A stretch of 64,000 bases of DNA from contig JBCCHT010000027.1 of assembly GCA_039028615.1 (NCBI GenBank), forward strand, positions 96,001-160,000, in the 5' to 3' direction. This DNA comes from Myxococcota bacterium (GTDB lineage: Bacteria > Myxococcota_A > Polyangia > Nannocystales > Nannocystaceae). Below are positions 63,193-64,000 of the stretch, in pieces. The notes under the pieces were generated by a model. It was not told the origin of the DNA. It was given only the letters and a program-made list of their open reading frames with translations, and made no database searches. A program made the translations under genes and the position numbers. The number at the start of each line of letters is the position of its first letter. Position 1 is the first letter of the stretch.

Positions 63193-63313
63193 GCGGTTCC
63201 CGGCGTTTGTACCCAACTTGATGGACTTCGCCGGGCCTCTCGGCACGGGCGACCCCTCACCCATTCGTTGGCCATGTCGACCGAGCCCCATTTGGCTCGA
63301 AGACGGGGCCCAC

Positions 63314-63385
63314 GGGGTCGTGGCGCAGTGGTAGCGCACCCGGTTGTCAGCCGGAAGGTCGCGGGTTCGAATCCCGTCGGCCCCG
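63314..63385 (+). tRNA. tRNA-Asp (GTC)
   Basis: Cloverleaf: GGGGTCG/CGGCCCC, D GCGC/GCGC, anticodon GTC 63346-48, TTCGAAT loop, G73; CCA not encoded. Confidence 0.9.
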
Positions 63386-63500
63386 CCGAGTCGTTGTCTG
63401 TCGACTCTCACCATCTTCTTACTCAACCACTCAACGACAAACACATCATGAACAACATCGAGCAATCCAACGGCGAGGACGACTCGACCCATCATCCGAT

Positions 63501-63577
63501 GGCGGGTGTAGCTCAGTAGGTAGAGTGCCGGAATGTGACTCCGGTGGGCGCCGGTTCGAGCCCGGCCACTCGCCCCA
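63501..63577 (+). tRNA. tRNA-His (GTG)
   Basis: G-1, GCGGGTG/CACTCGC, C73, encoded CCA, anticodon GTG 63535-37, TTCGAGC loop. Confidence 0.92.
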
Positions 63578-63618
63578 CAAATTCCTCCCCATGCGGTCTC
63601 ATCGGCTGGCCACCTCGG

Positions 63619-64000
63619 CTAGATCCGAGGACCGCGAGACTTCGACCGGTCGTAGATGACCTCGGTCACCGCGTAGGTCGGCGTGTACTCCAGCACGTTC
63701 ACCACCGGGTTCTTCGCGCCCGAGAGGCCGTACACGGTCCTCAATCCCCGCAGCAATACATCGAGGTACAGGCGTTCGTAGAGGTTCTCGGGGTAGGTGA
63801 TCCGTCCGAGATTCCCGTTTTGGTTGCGCTCCAAGTGCTCGCGCTCGGTGCCGCGACGGAGCGCCCTCCAACGCTTCGATGCACCCCTGGACAGCCTACC
63901 GGGCGAAAGCACGGCAAAGATGACCCGATACAGCGGTCCTGAGAGCGTCGCGCGTAGGTTGCGTTCGCCCCAGTCGAGATAGTCCTCATCGCTCCCGAAG
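63619..64000 (-). CDS. Myxobacterial hypothetical protein (DUF2378-like), 5'-truncated
   Basis: Frame open from window end: FGSDEDYLDW...SGPLYRVIFAVLSPGRLSRGASKRWRALRRGT...YPENLY. Confidence 0.6.
   Translation of the reverse strand, partial: FGSDEDYLDWGERNLRATLSGPLYRVIFAVLSPGRLSRGASKRWRALRRGTEREHLERNQNGNLGRITYPENLYERLYLDVLLRGLRTVYGLSGAKNPVVNVLEYTPTYAVTEVIYDRSKSRGPRI

Noticed and set aside
63193..63313. Possible third tRNA or T-box upstream of tRNA-Asp
   Set aside because: No cloverleaf, T-loop or T-box consensus recognisable; treated as leader structure instead
63268..63519. 83-aa ORF across tRNA-Asp as a normal protein gene
   Set aside because: Overlaps a well-formed tRNA; only its distal mini-ORF is kept as a regulatory hypothesis
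63578..64000. tRNA 3' end as prophage/island attachment site
   Set aside because: No integrase and no duplicated tRNA 3' end visible in the window

Overview
High-GC (about 70%) bacterial DNA with the gene content of a myxobacterium (Polyangia/Nannocystaceae-like): MYXO-CTERM protein, CglF/GltF-like protein, Ser/Thr kinase-TPR proteins, FHA-sigma54 activator and many Cys-rich lipoproteins. About 53 CDS are supported, including five sigma-70-family factors (an RpoD-type, a group-2-like and three ECF-type), TadA, KirBac channel, MepA-like endopeptidase, Tex, AidB, ArgF, 1-Cys peroxiredoxin, a triple FKBP, a cereblon-like protein, ArfB, two double C-type-lectin lipoproteins and a VPS10/BNR hydrolase. 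There are two tRNA genes (Asp-GTC, His-GTG). No CRISPR, rRNA, transposase or integrase was seen. Most interesting: (1) the tRNA-Asp/tRNA-His pair is preceded by a sigma70-like promoter and an unannotated 25-codon His-rich leader ORF embedded in hairpins, with a second Asn/Asp/His-rich mini-ORF running into tRNA-His. This looks like a translation-sensing control element on tRNA genes with atypical anticodon loops. (2) An ECF sigma factor is fused through a membrane helix to a CglF-like tail, upstream of a stand-alone CglF-like gene. (3) There is an abrupt strand/codon-asymmetry flip near 52,230. (4) Prx, FKBP, cereblon, M14 hydrolase and ArfB genes form a co-oriented run. All family assignments are from motif recognition by eye; no searches were run, and start codons are best guesses.
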